The notes beneath the pieces are model-generated. The model was not told the DNA's origin, made no database searches, and worked only from the letters and a program-made list of their open reading frames with translations. Positions 36,466-47,000 of a stretch of DNA of 64,000 nt are shown in pieces (the stretch's first letter is position 1; each line of letters opens with the position of its first letter). The position numbers and the translations under genes were made by a program. Source of the DNA: a virus; IMG/VR virus record IMGVR_UViG_3300037264_000690, positions 1 to 64,000 of that record; one strand, given 5' to 3'.

Positions 36466-37659
36466 ATGATGAAGATGTTTCAGGATGTCATGATATGTCT
36501 CGATCAACAGCTAAATGTGCTGCTGGTCAGTGCCCCAGGTATGGGCAAGAGTTCATTCACGAAATGGATGGCTAATGAACTGAATGTCTTGCATATCGAT
36601 ATCAATCTCTCGCAGAATGAGGGTATTGACGTTCACGGAGCTCGAATCATTGCCCGTGAACCAAAGACGATTAATGGGAAGCAATGCACGGTTACAGTGC
36701 AAGCCCCACCTGATTACGCCATTGACGCTACAGACTCCAATCGTGGCGCATTGATCAACTTCGAGGAGTTGACCTGCATCCCGCCGGCTGAAGCTGGTCC
36801 AACACTGGGCATCTTCTCGGATTACATCATCGGAGGCATCCGTCTCGACAAGGAGAGGATTGGCATCACGGCGTGCTGTAATCCGCCGGAGATGTCCGCT
36901 GGTGGTTGGAAGCTTAGTCTACCCACGATTAACCGATTCGTGCGGCTCAACTTCGATCAAGACGTGACGGAGTGGGCAGAGAATTTCATCACTTACTGGG
37001 ACAATCCACCAGTTATCAAGAGATGGAATCGTGAAACTTCTGAGTCCGAGTGGTCGCGTGATCGTGCAGTCGTCGCCTCGTTTGCCAGGCAGTTTCCTGA
37101 CTTGGTGAACAAACCACCCGAAGCTGGCTCCGCTGATGAATCCTTCTGCACATTCCGCTCGCTTGACTTTGCCAGTCGTATCAAGACAGGCTGTCGGCTG
37201 CGCAATGCAACCGAGGATGTGCGACAGAGGCTATGGGCTGGTGCGTTAGGAGGTGCCACCGCTAAACAGTTGTGGGAGTACCTCAACCATTTCGATCTTC
37301 CTTCTCCATCGGAGATCATTGATAATCCGGGGAACTTCGACATGACGATCGTCCCCTCGGACAAGATGTTCTACCTAATCATGGCCTGTGTCGCTGAGAT
37401 CATGAATCGCAAGCGGCAGGGCGATGCCAAGAAGAAGGACATGAAGTTCCACAGCTACGTCATCAAGTCGTGGCAGAGTATGTGGGATATTCTGCTGCTG
37501 GTACTCAAGAGTCGTGGCCCAAAAGACATTGTGGCTGCAGCAGCTCGGCGGATTGCCGATCCAGCAAACTACCCGAAAGGTGCTGAGCCACCCACGGCGA
37601 TTGAAGATATCGTTAAGGTGGTGCGGGCATCTGGCGTTGATTGGAGAAGGAAGGCATGA
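36466..37659 (+). CDS. MoxR-like AAA+ ATPase
   Basis: APGMGKS, INFEEL, CNPP, NRF. Confidence 0.8.
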   Translation: MMKMFQDVMICLDQQLNVLLVSAPGMGKSSFTKWMANELNVLHIDINLSQNEGIDVHGARIIAREPKTINGKQCTVTVQAPPDYAIDATDSNRGALINFEELTCIPPAEAGPTLGIFSDYIIGGIRLDKERIGITACCNPPEMSAGGWKLSLPTINRFVRLNFDQDVTEWAENFITYWDNPPVIKRWNRETSESEWSRDRAVVASFARQFPDLVNKPPEAGSADESFCTFRSLDFASRIKTGCRLRNATEDVRQRLWAGALGGATAKQLWEYLNHFDLPSPSEIIDNPGNFDMTIVPSDKMFYLIMACVAEIMNRKRQGDAKKKDMKFHSYVIKSWQSMWDILLLVLKSRGPKDIVAAAARRIADPANYPKGAEPPTAIEDIVKVVRASGVDWRRKA

Positions 37660-38258
37660 GTTTTGCCATCCAGCTCACATGCTCAGATGCAACCCACGAA
37701 GTTGTTGTCGATCTAGAGCGAAAGCTAATCTATCTACCCAGTCATGACGCCGAGTTCGTACGACGCTATCAAGCGTTGTATGAACTCGGCGGTGATCCTA
37801 TTCCATGTTGTGCCATGGCCATCGACTTGTTGTCCGGTCTCCACCCTGGATACCTTCAATTGCATTACGATCTGTTTAATTTAGAAGTGCTCACGCCCAC
37901 GTACTGTAACTGGCGTGACGCATTATCTAGAGCTATTGACTGTGTTTGTTATCGCGTAACCATCGTGTCAGGATTGAAATCACCAACCATCATTGGGCGA
38001 GTTGGTTTCTACATCGGAGCAACTCGCGGTCAAATCATCCGTAATGTCAAGGCGTTTGAGGACAAGGGTGGAAAAACCATCTTCTATCCGCCAACGCTTC
38101 GTTGTCTTGTTGGGGAGCATTGGCTTATTGCAAACCGTCTCGTTGAGCGAGCTCTTGATGATGACTTCTCCCCAACAGATCCTGATCCAGCGTGGCATAC
38201 CGCGACTCTTGCTGGAGGGCACTATGAGCCAGCTTCGCATTCCAGTGCGGTGCGATGA
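37656..38258 (+). CDS. Hypothetical protein, C-H-H-C family member 1
   Basis: C....H...H...RY..L.ELGG....C. Confidence 0.6.
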   Translation: MSFAIQLTCSDATHEVVVDLERKLIYLPSHDAEFVRRYQALYELGGDPIPCCAMAIDLLSGLHPGYLQLHYDLFNLEVLTPTYCNWRDALSRAIDCVCYRVTIVSGLKSPTIIGRVGFYIGATRGQIIRNVKAFEDKGGKTIFYPPTLRCLVGEHWLIANRLVERALDDDFSPTDPDPAWHTATLAGGHYEPASHSSAVR

Positions 38259-38499
38259 GGCCGTCCACCACATCGAGATCGATCCGCTCAAATTGGAGGC
38301 GTATCTGCTCGATCACCAGATCACCATGGAGCGCTACGCATGCCTTGAAGAGATCGGTGGCGATCCACCAATGTGCTACAAGATGTGCAAAGCCTTCAAC
38401 GACATTTCAGCACCATTCCGCAACACCCCGCAGAAGTTCTGGGAGTTCGTGACTGAACTCTCCGACTTTGCGAGGAAAAAGCACGAGGACATCCTATGA
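38224..38499 (+). CDS. Hypothetical protein, C-H-H-C family member 2
   Basis: GGAGG RBS; same motif. Confidence 0.6.
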   Translation: MSQLRIPVRCDEAVHHIEIDPLKLEAYLLDHQITMERYACLEEIGGDPPMCYKMCKAFNDISAPFRNTPQKFWEFVTELSDFARKKHEDIL

Positions 38500-39845
38500 G
38501 CGTTGTGACCGTTGAAATCCCACCTGAGCTTCTGGAAAGGGACATCTACTCTGCTCGTCTCCGTGCTTGTGATGCCACGACCGGGTTCCCTTTTCTCAGC
38601 TACGGTTTGATGAGCCTGATCCCTGTCATCACCAGTAAGGTGAAGACTTGTGCGGTCGACAAGTGGTGGCGGGTGTACGTCAACCCGGACTTCTTCAGCT
38701 CGCTGACTCCCGACGAGGGAGCCATGGTCATGGTCCACGAGGTCTGGCACTTGCTGCTTGAACACGCACGACGTGCCGTCGACTACGGCATCCCCACAAC
38801 CGATCACGAGATCTGGAACTGTGCAGACGACATTGAGATCAACCAGCACGACGCGATCTTCAAGCGGCTGCCAGGCAAGCCACTGACGCCGAATACTTTC
38901 GGCTTCAAGCGCAACTTGCTGGCTGAGGAATACTACGAGCTGCTCAAGAAGAACACGACCACCATCGAAATCTGCTTCATGCCTGGTTCTGGTGCCTGCG
39001 GCTCGTGTGCTCATGGCAATCCGGAGGACTACGAGTTGCCGGAACCGACCCACTCGACTGGTGAGTCCAAGGACGGTGAGTCCAAGGACGGTGAGGCTGG
39101 CGATGAAAACAGTCAGAAGGATTACGTGCCTGGCATCAGTGAGATGCGAGCCAAGATCATTGCCCAGGAGGTTGCAAGGCAGATCCAGGAGGCAGCCAAG
39201 TCTTGTGGCAACGTGCCCGAGGGTTGGCAGCGCTGGGCAGACCGGACGCTGACGCCGATGGTGGACTACCGTCCGTTCCTGCGACAGAGCATCCAGGGCA
39301 TGATCGTTTCTAAGTCGGGCTATGTCTACCCGAGTTATCGTAAGCCCAGTCGCCGACAACACCTCAACCCCGACTTCCTACGGCCGTTCTACAAGGATAT
39401 CCTGCCGCAGGTCGCCATGATCATCGACACCTCTGGTTCGATGAGCGATCAGCAGGTGGGGCAGGGCATTGCTGAAGTGGATGGCGTGCTGTCCACCTTC
39501 AGTCACCGGGCTGCCATCGCGGTGTATTTCACTGACGCTGCAGCTGCTGCAGCACAGAAGGTTTGCTGCACCAAAGACCTACGGCCCATTGGTGGCGGCG
39601 GCACAGATATGGGTGAAGGTTTCCAGGCCATTGACGCTGACGTGAAAAAGAACCCCGGTTCACAGCCATCGACCATCATCGTCATCACCGATGGCTACAC
39701 GCCGTGGCCAGCAAAGCCACCCAGCTACGCTAACGTCCTCGTCGTCCTGGTGGGGGATGGTGACACGGCGCCATGGGCCAAACCACCCGTTCATGGCACA
39801 ATCAAATTGAAGATGCCTAAGCCGAAGCCGCAACGGCAGCATTGA
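38496..39845 (+). CDS. Metallopeptidase-like (HExxH) plus vWA-like domain protein (DUF2201-type)
   Basis: HEVWH, WN.A.D.EIN, IDTSGSM, GGGGT, ITDGY. Confidence 0.85.
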   Translation: MSVVTVEIPPELLERDIYSARLRACDATTGFPFLSYGLMSLIPVITSKVKTCAVDKWWRVYVNPDFFSSLTPDEGAMVMVHEVWHLLLEHARRAVDYGIPTTDHEIWNCADDIEINQHDAIFKRLPGKPLTPNTFGFKRNLLAEEYYELLKKNTTTIEICFMPGSGACGSCAHGNPEDYELPEPTHSTGESKDGESKDGEAGDENSQKDYVPGISEMRAKIIAQEVARQIQEAAKSCGNVPEGWQRWADRTLTPMVDYRPFLRQSIQGMIVSKSGYVYPSYRKPSRRQHLNPDFLRPFYKDILPQVAMIIDTSGSMSDQQVGQGIAEVDGVLSTFSHRAAIAVYFTDAAAAAAQKVCCTKDLRPIGGGGTDMGEGFQAIDADVKKNPGSQPSTIIVITDGYTPWPAKPPSYANVLVVLVGDGDTAPWAKPPVHGTIKLKMPKPKPQRQH

Positions 39846-39870
39846 TAAACGGTTCCTTGGCCGTCCTGCG

Positions 39871-39911
39871 GAGTGGGTGGTGACATAAGTTGCCACCCAC
39901 TCTTTTTCTTT
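39871..39911 (+). terminator. Intrinsic terminator
   Basis: GAGTGGGTGGTGAC-ATAA-GTTGCCACCCACTC + T run. Confidence 0.8.
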
Positions 39912-39969
39912 ACCCAACAAGACGTTACACTAGTAATAGTTATGTAGGACCTCTAACTTCGGGGGCAGC

Positions 39970-40278
39970 ATGACCATTAAGCTGTATGACGCTGTTCGTC
40001 AGTGCATCCGTGCTCAGATCAACATGCAAACAGCACAGCACAGCCTGTCTGATCCAGCCAACATCGATAGTCATCGTGACAATCTGAGACACAACTGTTT
40101 GCATGAGGCGTTATACATGTCGCTTGGAGTTCTGGCTCGACTTGATGTCATCAACGACCCCATGAACGATCAAGCACAAACATCCGCACGCGAGTTGATC
40201 GGCGTACTTTCTCAACGTCTAGACATTGACGTGGAAGACAAGTTCGGTGTACCCTTAAAGTCTAGGGGTGAAGTGTAG
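39970..40278 (+). CDS. Hypothetical protein
   Basis: 102-aa ORF. Confidence 0.55.
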   Translation: MTIKLYDAVRQCIRAQINMQTAQHSLSDPANIDSHRDNLRHNCLHEALYMSLGVLARLDVINDPMNDQAQTSARELIGVLSQRLDIDVEDKFGVPLKSRGEV

Positions 40279-40280
40279 CG

Positions 40281-40294
40281 AGTAGTTTTTTACT
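40281..40294. promoter_or_regulatory. AGTA-N6-TACT box
   Basis: AGTA-GTTTTT-TACT before the RBS. Confidence 0.6.
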
Positions 40295-40308
40295 GCAGGG
40301 ATACAGTT

Positions 40309-40785
40309 ATGGCCAAGGGTCGTCACTATCGCTTTCGCAACCTCGACTACTGGGCTGAGCGAGGTCTCATCAACATCGTCGACGAACGCTTCCCGCCAAG
40401 TCATGACAAAGCGTTTACTGTCGTACCAGTTCGAGAGTTTCTTTATCGACTCAAGGGCCTCAACGATATGATTGGTCGCTGGGGTAAGCAGTGGCCCGAT
40501 GAACGCAACGAGATGCAAACCATGATCGAGAATGGTGTTGAGTGTTGTCGTGAGGCCAAGACACAAGGTCGGCCTGACGATCCTCGTGCTGTCGCCCAGA
40601 TGCTCAGAGAACGTCGCCGCTTTATGCTATACGCTGGCACCGGCAGTGTATCGCCGGTTGGTGCGATCTCGTCAGATTTTGCACCTGAAAGCGTCAACCT
40701 ACCGCCCATCCCGCAAGCTAATCCGAACAAGCCGATCACGTCGTTAGTCCCAGCGCCAATTACTCTATCCAAACTCTTTACTTGA
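40309..40785 (+). CDS. Hypothetical protein
   Basis: 158-aa ORF. Confidence 0.6.
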   Translation: MAKGRHYRFRNLDYWAERGLINIVDERFPPSHDKAFTVVPVREFLYRLKGLNDMIGRWGKQWPDERNEMQTMIENGVECCREAKTQGRPDDPRAVAQMLRERRRFMLYAGTGSVSPVGAISSDFAPESVNLPPIPQANPNKPITSLVPAPITLSKLFT

Positions 40786-40798
40786 GGGGGGTTCCGCT

Positions 40799-41710
40799 AT
40801 GCTCAGAAAGACTATGCTTGCAACTGCGTTTGTCATCATGATGGCAGCCATCACGGTGTCACAAAAGGTCGAAGCACAGAACAAGCCAGCATTCAAGGTT
40901 TCTCAGTATCTGCAGGACATTAGCGTCACAGTTCGCGCCGGCCAGTTCTCTGGCTCCGGAGTCATGGTGCAGACTAGCGACGGTCAAATCTGGATCTGGA
41001 CGGCTGCTCACGTCACCGAGCCTCTACGTCGCACACACGAAGTCCTCGACGACAAAGGCGTGAGGCGTCTGAAGGTTGAGTTCGACGATGCCAATATCCT
41101 CCGATTCAACAAGAACAAGGAGGAAGGTCGCATCGTGTCAAGTTATAGCGGCGACGCTGAAGTGATCCGCTACTCTGACTCAAAGAATGGTCATGATCTA
41201 TGTCTGTTGCGACTGCGAGATAAGGACTTCAAGCCAAATAGCTCGGCGAAGTTCTATCTCGAAAAGGGCATCCCTGATATCGGTGAGGACCTGTACCACT
41301 GCGGCTCACTACTCGGACCAATCGGTTCCAATAGCTTGACCAGCGGTATCATGTCTCAGCACGGTCGTGTGTTCGATGGTAGGATTTACGATCAGACGAC
41401 TGCAACGTCGTTCCCGGGCAGCTCGGGCGGCATTGTCTGTCTCAAGTTGGATGGACGCTACGTTGGCATGCTGGTGATGGGTGCCGGTGAAGGCTTCGGT
41501 CTCATCGTTCCAGTCAGACGAATGATAGACTGGTCTAAGAAGACTGGTGTTGAGTTTGCACTGGATCCGGCTGTCAAGGTGCCAACCGACGAAGAGTTGC
41601 GTAGCAAACCAATTGAGGACGGTGTCTTCAGTAGTGGTGGCACCAATCAACACAAGCAGCGTGAAGCCGCCAAGCTGAAGTTTATGCTGAATAATCACCG
41701 CGACGATTAG
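40799..41710 (+). CDS. Secreted trypsin-like serine protease
   Basis: Signal peptide; TAAH, DLCLL, PGSSGG. Confidence 0.88.
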   Translation: MLRKTMLATAFVIMMAAITVSQKVEAQNKPAFKVSQYLQDISVTVRAGQFSGSGVMVQTSDGQIWIWTAAHVTEPLRRTHEVLDDKGVRRLKVEFDDANILRFNKNKEEGRIVSSYSGDAEVIRYSDSKNGHDLCLLRLRDKDFKPNSSAKFYLEKGIPDIGEDLYHCGSLLGPIGSNSLTSGIMSQHGRVFDGRIYDQTTATSFPGSSGGIVCLKLDGRYVGMLVMGAGEGFGLIVPVRRMIDWSKKTGVEFALDPAVKVPTDEELRSKPIEDGVFSSGGTNQHKQREAAKLKFMLNNHRDD

Positions 41711-41787
41711 GTCGATTTGCGGGAAATGAAGTGCCAGACCCTCTTCCCCCCGGTGGTGAAGCCGGAAGAATAATTCAGGGAGGCAAG

Positions 41788-42204
41788 ATGCCACTCTCAT
41801 CTCGTGAAGCCTTCAAGCGTGGCTTCATCAAGCAATGTGTGGACGAGGGTCTGACTGAAGAGGGTCAGATCCTCGCCCTAATTTCTTCTTTTACCAGTGA
41901 GAAGCAAGCTGGTGGTCAGCTTGCTGATGCAGTTAACTGGCTGCATGCTCAGTATTTCAAAGCTCATGGTCCACATAAGAGTGATGAAACGACTAGCTCA
42001 CCACTGCCAATGGCGCTAGCCCTTGGTGTTGGTCTTCCTGGTGCTGCCGGTGCTGGTGTCGGTTATCTGGGAAGCAAGTTAAAGGGAAACTGGCTCGACG
42101 AAGAGGACGTTAAGAACCAGGAGCTCATCGGTGAACTGCGGCGGCAAACAGATTTAGCCCGCCAGTTTCGTCGTATTGGGGGATCTTCGCCGTCGTCGTT
42201 CTAA
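41788..42204 (+). CDS. Putative virion protein with K-x-A motif
   Basis: EKQAG; Gly/Ala hydrophobic helix. Confidence 0.6.
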   Translation: MPLSSREAFKRGFIKQCVDEGLTEEGQILALISSFTSEKQAGGQLADAVNWLHAQYFKAHGPHKSDETTSSPLPMALALGVGLPGAAGAGVGYLGSKLKGNWLDEEDVKNQELIGELRRQTDLARQFRRIGGSSPSSF

Positions 42205-42228
42205 TGCCAAAGATCAGGGAGGATCTTC

Positions 42229-42870
42229 ATGGCAGAGGAACAGAGAAAGATTTGCACCAGCTGCTACGTTGGTCGTCCGCTCAGTGATTTCCGGTTGAAT
42301 AAGCGAGTGTTGCCATCTGGTGTCGTCCGACTGTATTATTCGAGCCCATGTCGAATCTGCCGTCGGAAGCTGGAAAAAGAGCAGCGTGGTGTAAAGGCAA
42401 AAACGATCAAGCGTGTTAATAAGCCGCAGTGTCGTAGGCAATACCAACCGGCCACGATCATTAGTACCGGTCACCGCACAAGTACCGACAAGACACATGC
42501 CCAGCACCTTCGCTGGACTTACGGTTTATCACTTGAAGACTACAACAAAATCTATGACCGGCAGCGGGGTCGCTGTGCAATTTGTCAACGTAAGCCACAC
42601 CAAATACCCAGCCGGCAACGACGCCGGCTGGTTGTTGACCACGATCACACTACCGAGCAAGTTCGAGGTTTGCTGTGTCATGATTGCAATTTGGCTCTCG
42701 GTTTGTTTCGAGATAACCCAGTGCTTATAGAAGCTGCTATGGCTTACTTGAAAGGATATTCGTGTCACTCTTCAAATTCTTCGGAGAACAAGGAGATCTG
42801 CACGGCGGGCGACTCTTCTGGTCACGCAACTTGCCTGTTCCGTTCAAAGGCACGCATGCACCAACGTTAA
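42229..42870 (+). CDS. Endonuclease VII-family (homing) endonuclease
   Basis: YGL..EDY.....Q...CAIC, VDHDH....RGLLC..CN..LG. Confidence 0.88.
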   Translation: MAEEQRKICTSCYVGRPLSDFRLNKRVLPSGVVRLYYSSPCRICRRKLEKEQRGVKAKTIKRVNKPQCRRQYQPATIISTGHRTSTDKTHAQHLRWTYGLSLEDYNKIYDRQRGRCAICQRKPHQIPSRQRRRLVVDHDHTTEQVRGLLCHDCNLALGLFRDNPVLIEAAMAYLKGYSCHSSNSSENKEICTAGDSSGHATCLFRSKARMHQR

Positions 42871-43208
42871 CACAGCAAGAGCTTGAAGCAGATGTTGCAA
42901 TCCAGTTTGAGTATCGCAGTGAGTTCTTTGATCTCTCTAGTGCTGAGCAGAAGCAAAAATACGATTGGGTGATGGATCGTGTTGTCAATGGTATGTTCGT
43001 CCATCACTTCATCGACCGACATGTCAACCATGCAAATGGTAAGGTAACGGTGTATATTGAGTGGAGTCAGCGCTATGCGCAGCTTTCTCCACAAGCACGG
43101 TTGGCTAGGAGTCAATGTCATGTCATTCCCACTAGTTCAAGCGGTTTACAAAGTCCGGGGTGGGATGCTGGGCTTGCTGGGCAGCAACACCCATCCGTTG
43201 GTATCTGA
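42762..43208 (+). CDS. Hypothetical protein
   Basis: AAAGGA RBS, GTG start. Confidence 0.55.
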   Translation: MSLFKFFGEQGDLHGGRLFWSRNLPVPFKGTHAPTLTQQELEADVAIQFEYRSEFFDLSSAEQKQKYDWVMDRVVNGMFVHHFIDRHVNHANGKVTVYIEWSQRYAQLSPQARLARSQCHVIPTSSSGLQSPGWDAGLAGQQHPSVGI

Positions 43209-44058
43209 AAAGACTGCAGCTGCGTCAGATGCACCTCTAGTGCCTACCCGTGGGCTTGAACTAAATGAGGATTGGGGTCAGCATCGTAATAAGTTGCTCA
43301 AGACCTTAGCACTGCTTGGGTTGAGTAGTGCTGCTATTGGCGGTGGTATAACTGGAGGTTTCGGTCTGCATCGCTTGCATCAAATGCGTAATGAGAAGCC
43401 AGAGGCTCTGCCTGGTAATATCCCGCTCACCATGCCGCCTGGTAGGCTACCACCTAGCGATGAGCCGGAGAAGATTGCAGCCTCAGTACCGTTTGGACAC
43501 TGGAAGCAGCTCATTGGTATGACTGCACAACATCCGTCTGACATTCCACTTGGCTGGCTTGCGGCTCCGGCTGTCGGCGTCGGTGGCCTACTTGGCAGTA
43601 GCGCTCTAATGAATCGGATTTTGCATAACAAGATGAAGAGCGTACGTAGCAACGAGCTGGCTCAGTCACAGCAAGAGTTCGACAAGGCAATGTTAGAGCA
43701 GTATGACAGTCCGCAGCTACGTAGTGAGAAGATCAGCTCGGCTCTTGACTACCTATACGATGCAGTCGAGAAGCAAGCAATTAGCTCGATTACACCTGGT
43801 GCGGTGACCTCAACCGACAAGCAACCACTAACAGATGCTAGCAGCTCTGGTAGTGTACTTGGTCCGCTGGCGCTAGCAGCCGCACTAAGCGGTAGTTTCG
43901 GTCTGCGCGCTGGCTATCGTTGGGCGGAAGGACGCAAACCTGAAAATCTACTGCGTGATGTCATGAAGCAGAGAGCGCTTCGCCGTGCACAGGCCATGCC
44001 TGAATCGATTCAGTTCGCAGCACCAAGGCCGGCTGATGAACAGGAACTTGACGAATAA
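43120..44058 (+). CDS. Putative virion protein with repeated K-x-A motifs and hydrophobic helices
   Basis: EKTAA, EKIAA, EKQAI each precede a Gly/Ala-rich segment. Confidence 0.6.
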   Translation: MSFPLVQAVYKVRGGMLGLLGSNTHPLVSEKTAAASDAPLVPTRGLELNEDWGQHRNKLLKTLALLGLSSAAIGGGITGGFGLHRLHQMRNEKPEALPGNIPLTMPPGRLPPSDEPEKIAASVPFGHWKQLIGMTAQHPSDIPLGWLAAPAVGVGGLLGSSALMNRILHNKMKSVRSNELAQSQQEFDKAMLEQYDSPQLRSEKISSALDYLYDAVEKQAISSITPGAVTSTDKQPLTDASSSGSVLGPLALAAALSGSFGLRAGYRWAEGRKPENLLRDVMKQRALRRAQAMPESIQFAAPRPADEQELDE

Positions 44059-47000
44059 TGTTGGAGGGCACGATGCCTAGTATTGTCACCGTGGGGCCAA
44101 CGCATGACTCCGTTGAGAGCAGTGCGACGGCGACCACTACTAAGCTGCCAGCACAGCCGCCGCAGCAACGGTCCATTGTAGCTGGTCCTCCACCAGCCCC
44201 GGTGACGATGCGCTCATTCGGTGACTCCGACGCTACCCGCAAAGCTATCTATGATAACGTGCTCAAAGCAGCACAAGATATTCAGCCGGTAGCCAACAAC
44301 CGTTACAGTCTTGAGCTAAACGAACCGCATTGGTCCAGTGACGAAGGTGTGTCTATCAACGAACGCAAGAGAGCCATCCTTCGCGGTGAGACACTGAACC
44401 GTCGGCTGCGTGGCACCTGGCGGCTCAAGGACGTTCAAGGTAACCTTGTCAGCGAACGTCTTGCTACGGTTGCGCACGTTCCTCGCATGACTAACCAGGG
44501 CACTTTCGTCGTTAACGGTTCCGAGTACACACTTGGCCATCAGATGCGATTGCGACCTGGTGTCTTCACACGTCGTAAGGAAAATGGTGAGCTGGAGAGC
44601 CACATCAACATCATGCCCGGTAAGGGTCTGAGCCATCACTACTTCCTGGAACCAGAGACTGGCATTTTCAAGATCCGTGTTGGCCAAGCTAATATGCCAC
44701 TCGTTTCAGTTATGAAGGCGATGGGTGCCACCGATAGCGAATTGCGTGACGCCTGGGGTGCCGAGCTACATGGTCTTAACGCACAGAAGGACGATCCTCG
44801 CGTTATGGACAAGCTCTATGCTCGACTTATCGGCAAGAAGGGTGATCCTAATGCCAGTCTGGAAGACAAGCGTCAAGCAGTTGGTAAGGCGTTTAGTGAG
44901 ATGGAGCTAGACCCAGAGGTCACAAAGCGGACACTTGGTCAGCCTTATGGTCGCCTCGGTAAAGAAGTTGCCATAGCGACCACCAAGAAGCTGCTTGGTG
45001 TCAGTCGCGGTGAGGCTGACACCGACGATCGTGACGCGCTAGCTTTCCAGCACTTCATGGGACCGGAAGACCTGTTCGCTGAGCGTATTGGCCGCGACAA
45101 GCGGGTACTCAACGAACTGCTCTGGAAGGCGACCACGCACGGCAATCTGGATAAGATGCCGACTGGCGCCTTCACCAGACATATCCACGCCGCGCTGCTG
45201 GACAGTGGGCTGGGGCAGTGCTTTGATGTTGAAACAAAGGTGCTGACCGCGCGTGGTTTCATCGCTTGGCCAGTAGTCACCGAAGACGATCTATTTGCTT
45301 GCTTGATAAACGGCAAGTTGAGCTACCACAAAGCTTACAAGCTGTTCAAGTATGAATACGATGGACAGCTATACTGTCGAACAACAAAACGGCTTGATTA
45401 TTGTGTTACACCTAACCATCGTTTGTGGTGTAAGTCTAAGTTCTACTCTGATTATCAGACAGAGTTAGCTGAACAAGCACACGGCAAGACCAGAATATTC
45501 AACATCGCGCTTCCACCATATGATGGTGTTGATACGGATTTCGTGTTGCCTTCAGTTAAAACAGGTCGGTGGCAGAATGACACTGGTCCGCTAACTACGC
45601 CTGGTGACATCTGGGCTAGTTTTCTTGGTTGGTATATTAGTGAGGGTTGGGTGTCAACCGAGACGCAGCGAAACGGTAACGAGACACGGCGTATCTGTAT
45701 CTCGCAGTGTCCTGTAGCGCATCCGGTGGAGCATGCCGAGATAATTCGTGTGCTGTCGCAACTACCGTGCAAGTGGAATTACAATCATAGCAACAAAACA
45801 TTCTGTATCAACAACAAGCAGTTTGTTGAAGAAGTTGCAAAGTATGGTAGTAATGCTCGGGTTAAGCGTATACCACGATACTGCTTTAGTTGGACTAATC
45901 GACGGTTGGCATTGCTGTTGGATGCCTACATGGCTGGCGACGGCAATGTTTGCAATGGACACCACAAAGCTGAAACTGTTTCTGAACAACTTGCTGAAGA
46001 TTTGTCGGAAGCCTTCAATCGTCTTGGTAATGCAGTTTATATCTCAAAGCGGAAGCTAAGTGAAAAGAATCCTGCGTGGGCCGATAGCTATGTTGTTAGT
46101 GTACTGAAGACTGGCTCTACAACTGCATTTGGCCACACTTGTCACAAGCGTCACTATGTAGGTCCGGTCTACTGTGCTCATGTACCTGGAGAGCGTCTTT
46201 ACATTAGCCGCAATCGACGTAACTCCTGGAGTGCCAATAGTTTAGAAGAGATAAATCCAGCAGATGTGTTCGATCAGCAGACCCGAGTCAGCCGACTTGG
46301 CTATGGTGGCATTCCCAGTATCGACGCTGTTCCCGATGAAGCTCGTTCAGTGCAGCCAAGCCACTTGGGTTACATCGACCTGCTCCGCACCCCGGAGTCG
46401 TTCAAGGTCGGTGTCGACTCGCGTGTGAGCCACGTTGCCAAGAAGGGCAGCGACGGGCGCATCTACACGCCATTCCTGGATCCCAAGTCGGGTCAGATGG
46501 TCTATCGCAGCCCGCAGGACGTGGCTGACTTGACACTGGCCTTCCCCGGCGAGCTGCAAAAAGGCAAGCCGCTGGTCGCCGCCATTGTTGGCGGCAAGAC
46601 CCGGTATGTCCCGCGCGATCAAGTTGACTTGGCCATGCCGCACGCCGAGCACTGGTTTAGCCCGATCAATAACATGGTGCCAATGAAGTCGGCCGTGAAG
46701 GGCCAACGTGCCGCCATGGCCTCCCGCTTCCTCACTCAGGCCCTGCCGATCAAGGATGCTGAGTCCCCACATGTCCGTGGTCAGGTGCCGGGTGCTGTGG
46801 GTCGATCGTTCGAGGAGCACTATGGCAATCAAGTTGGTGCAGTGTTCGGCGAGCAACAGTCTGGTCGAGTCACTAGCGTGTCGCCCGATGAGATCACCGT
46901 CAAGTACGCCGATGGTTCGACCAAGACCCACGAGCTGTACAACAACTTCCCATACAACCGGAAGACTTACATTCACAACGAGTCGCTAGTGCAGAAGGGT

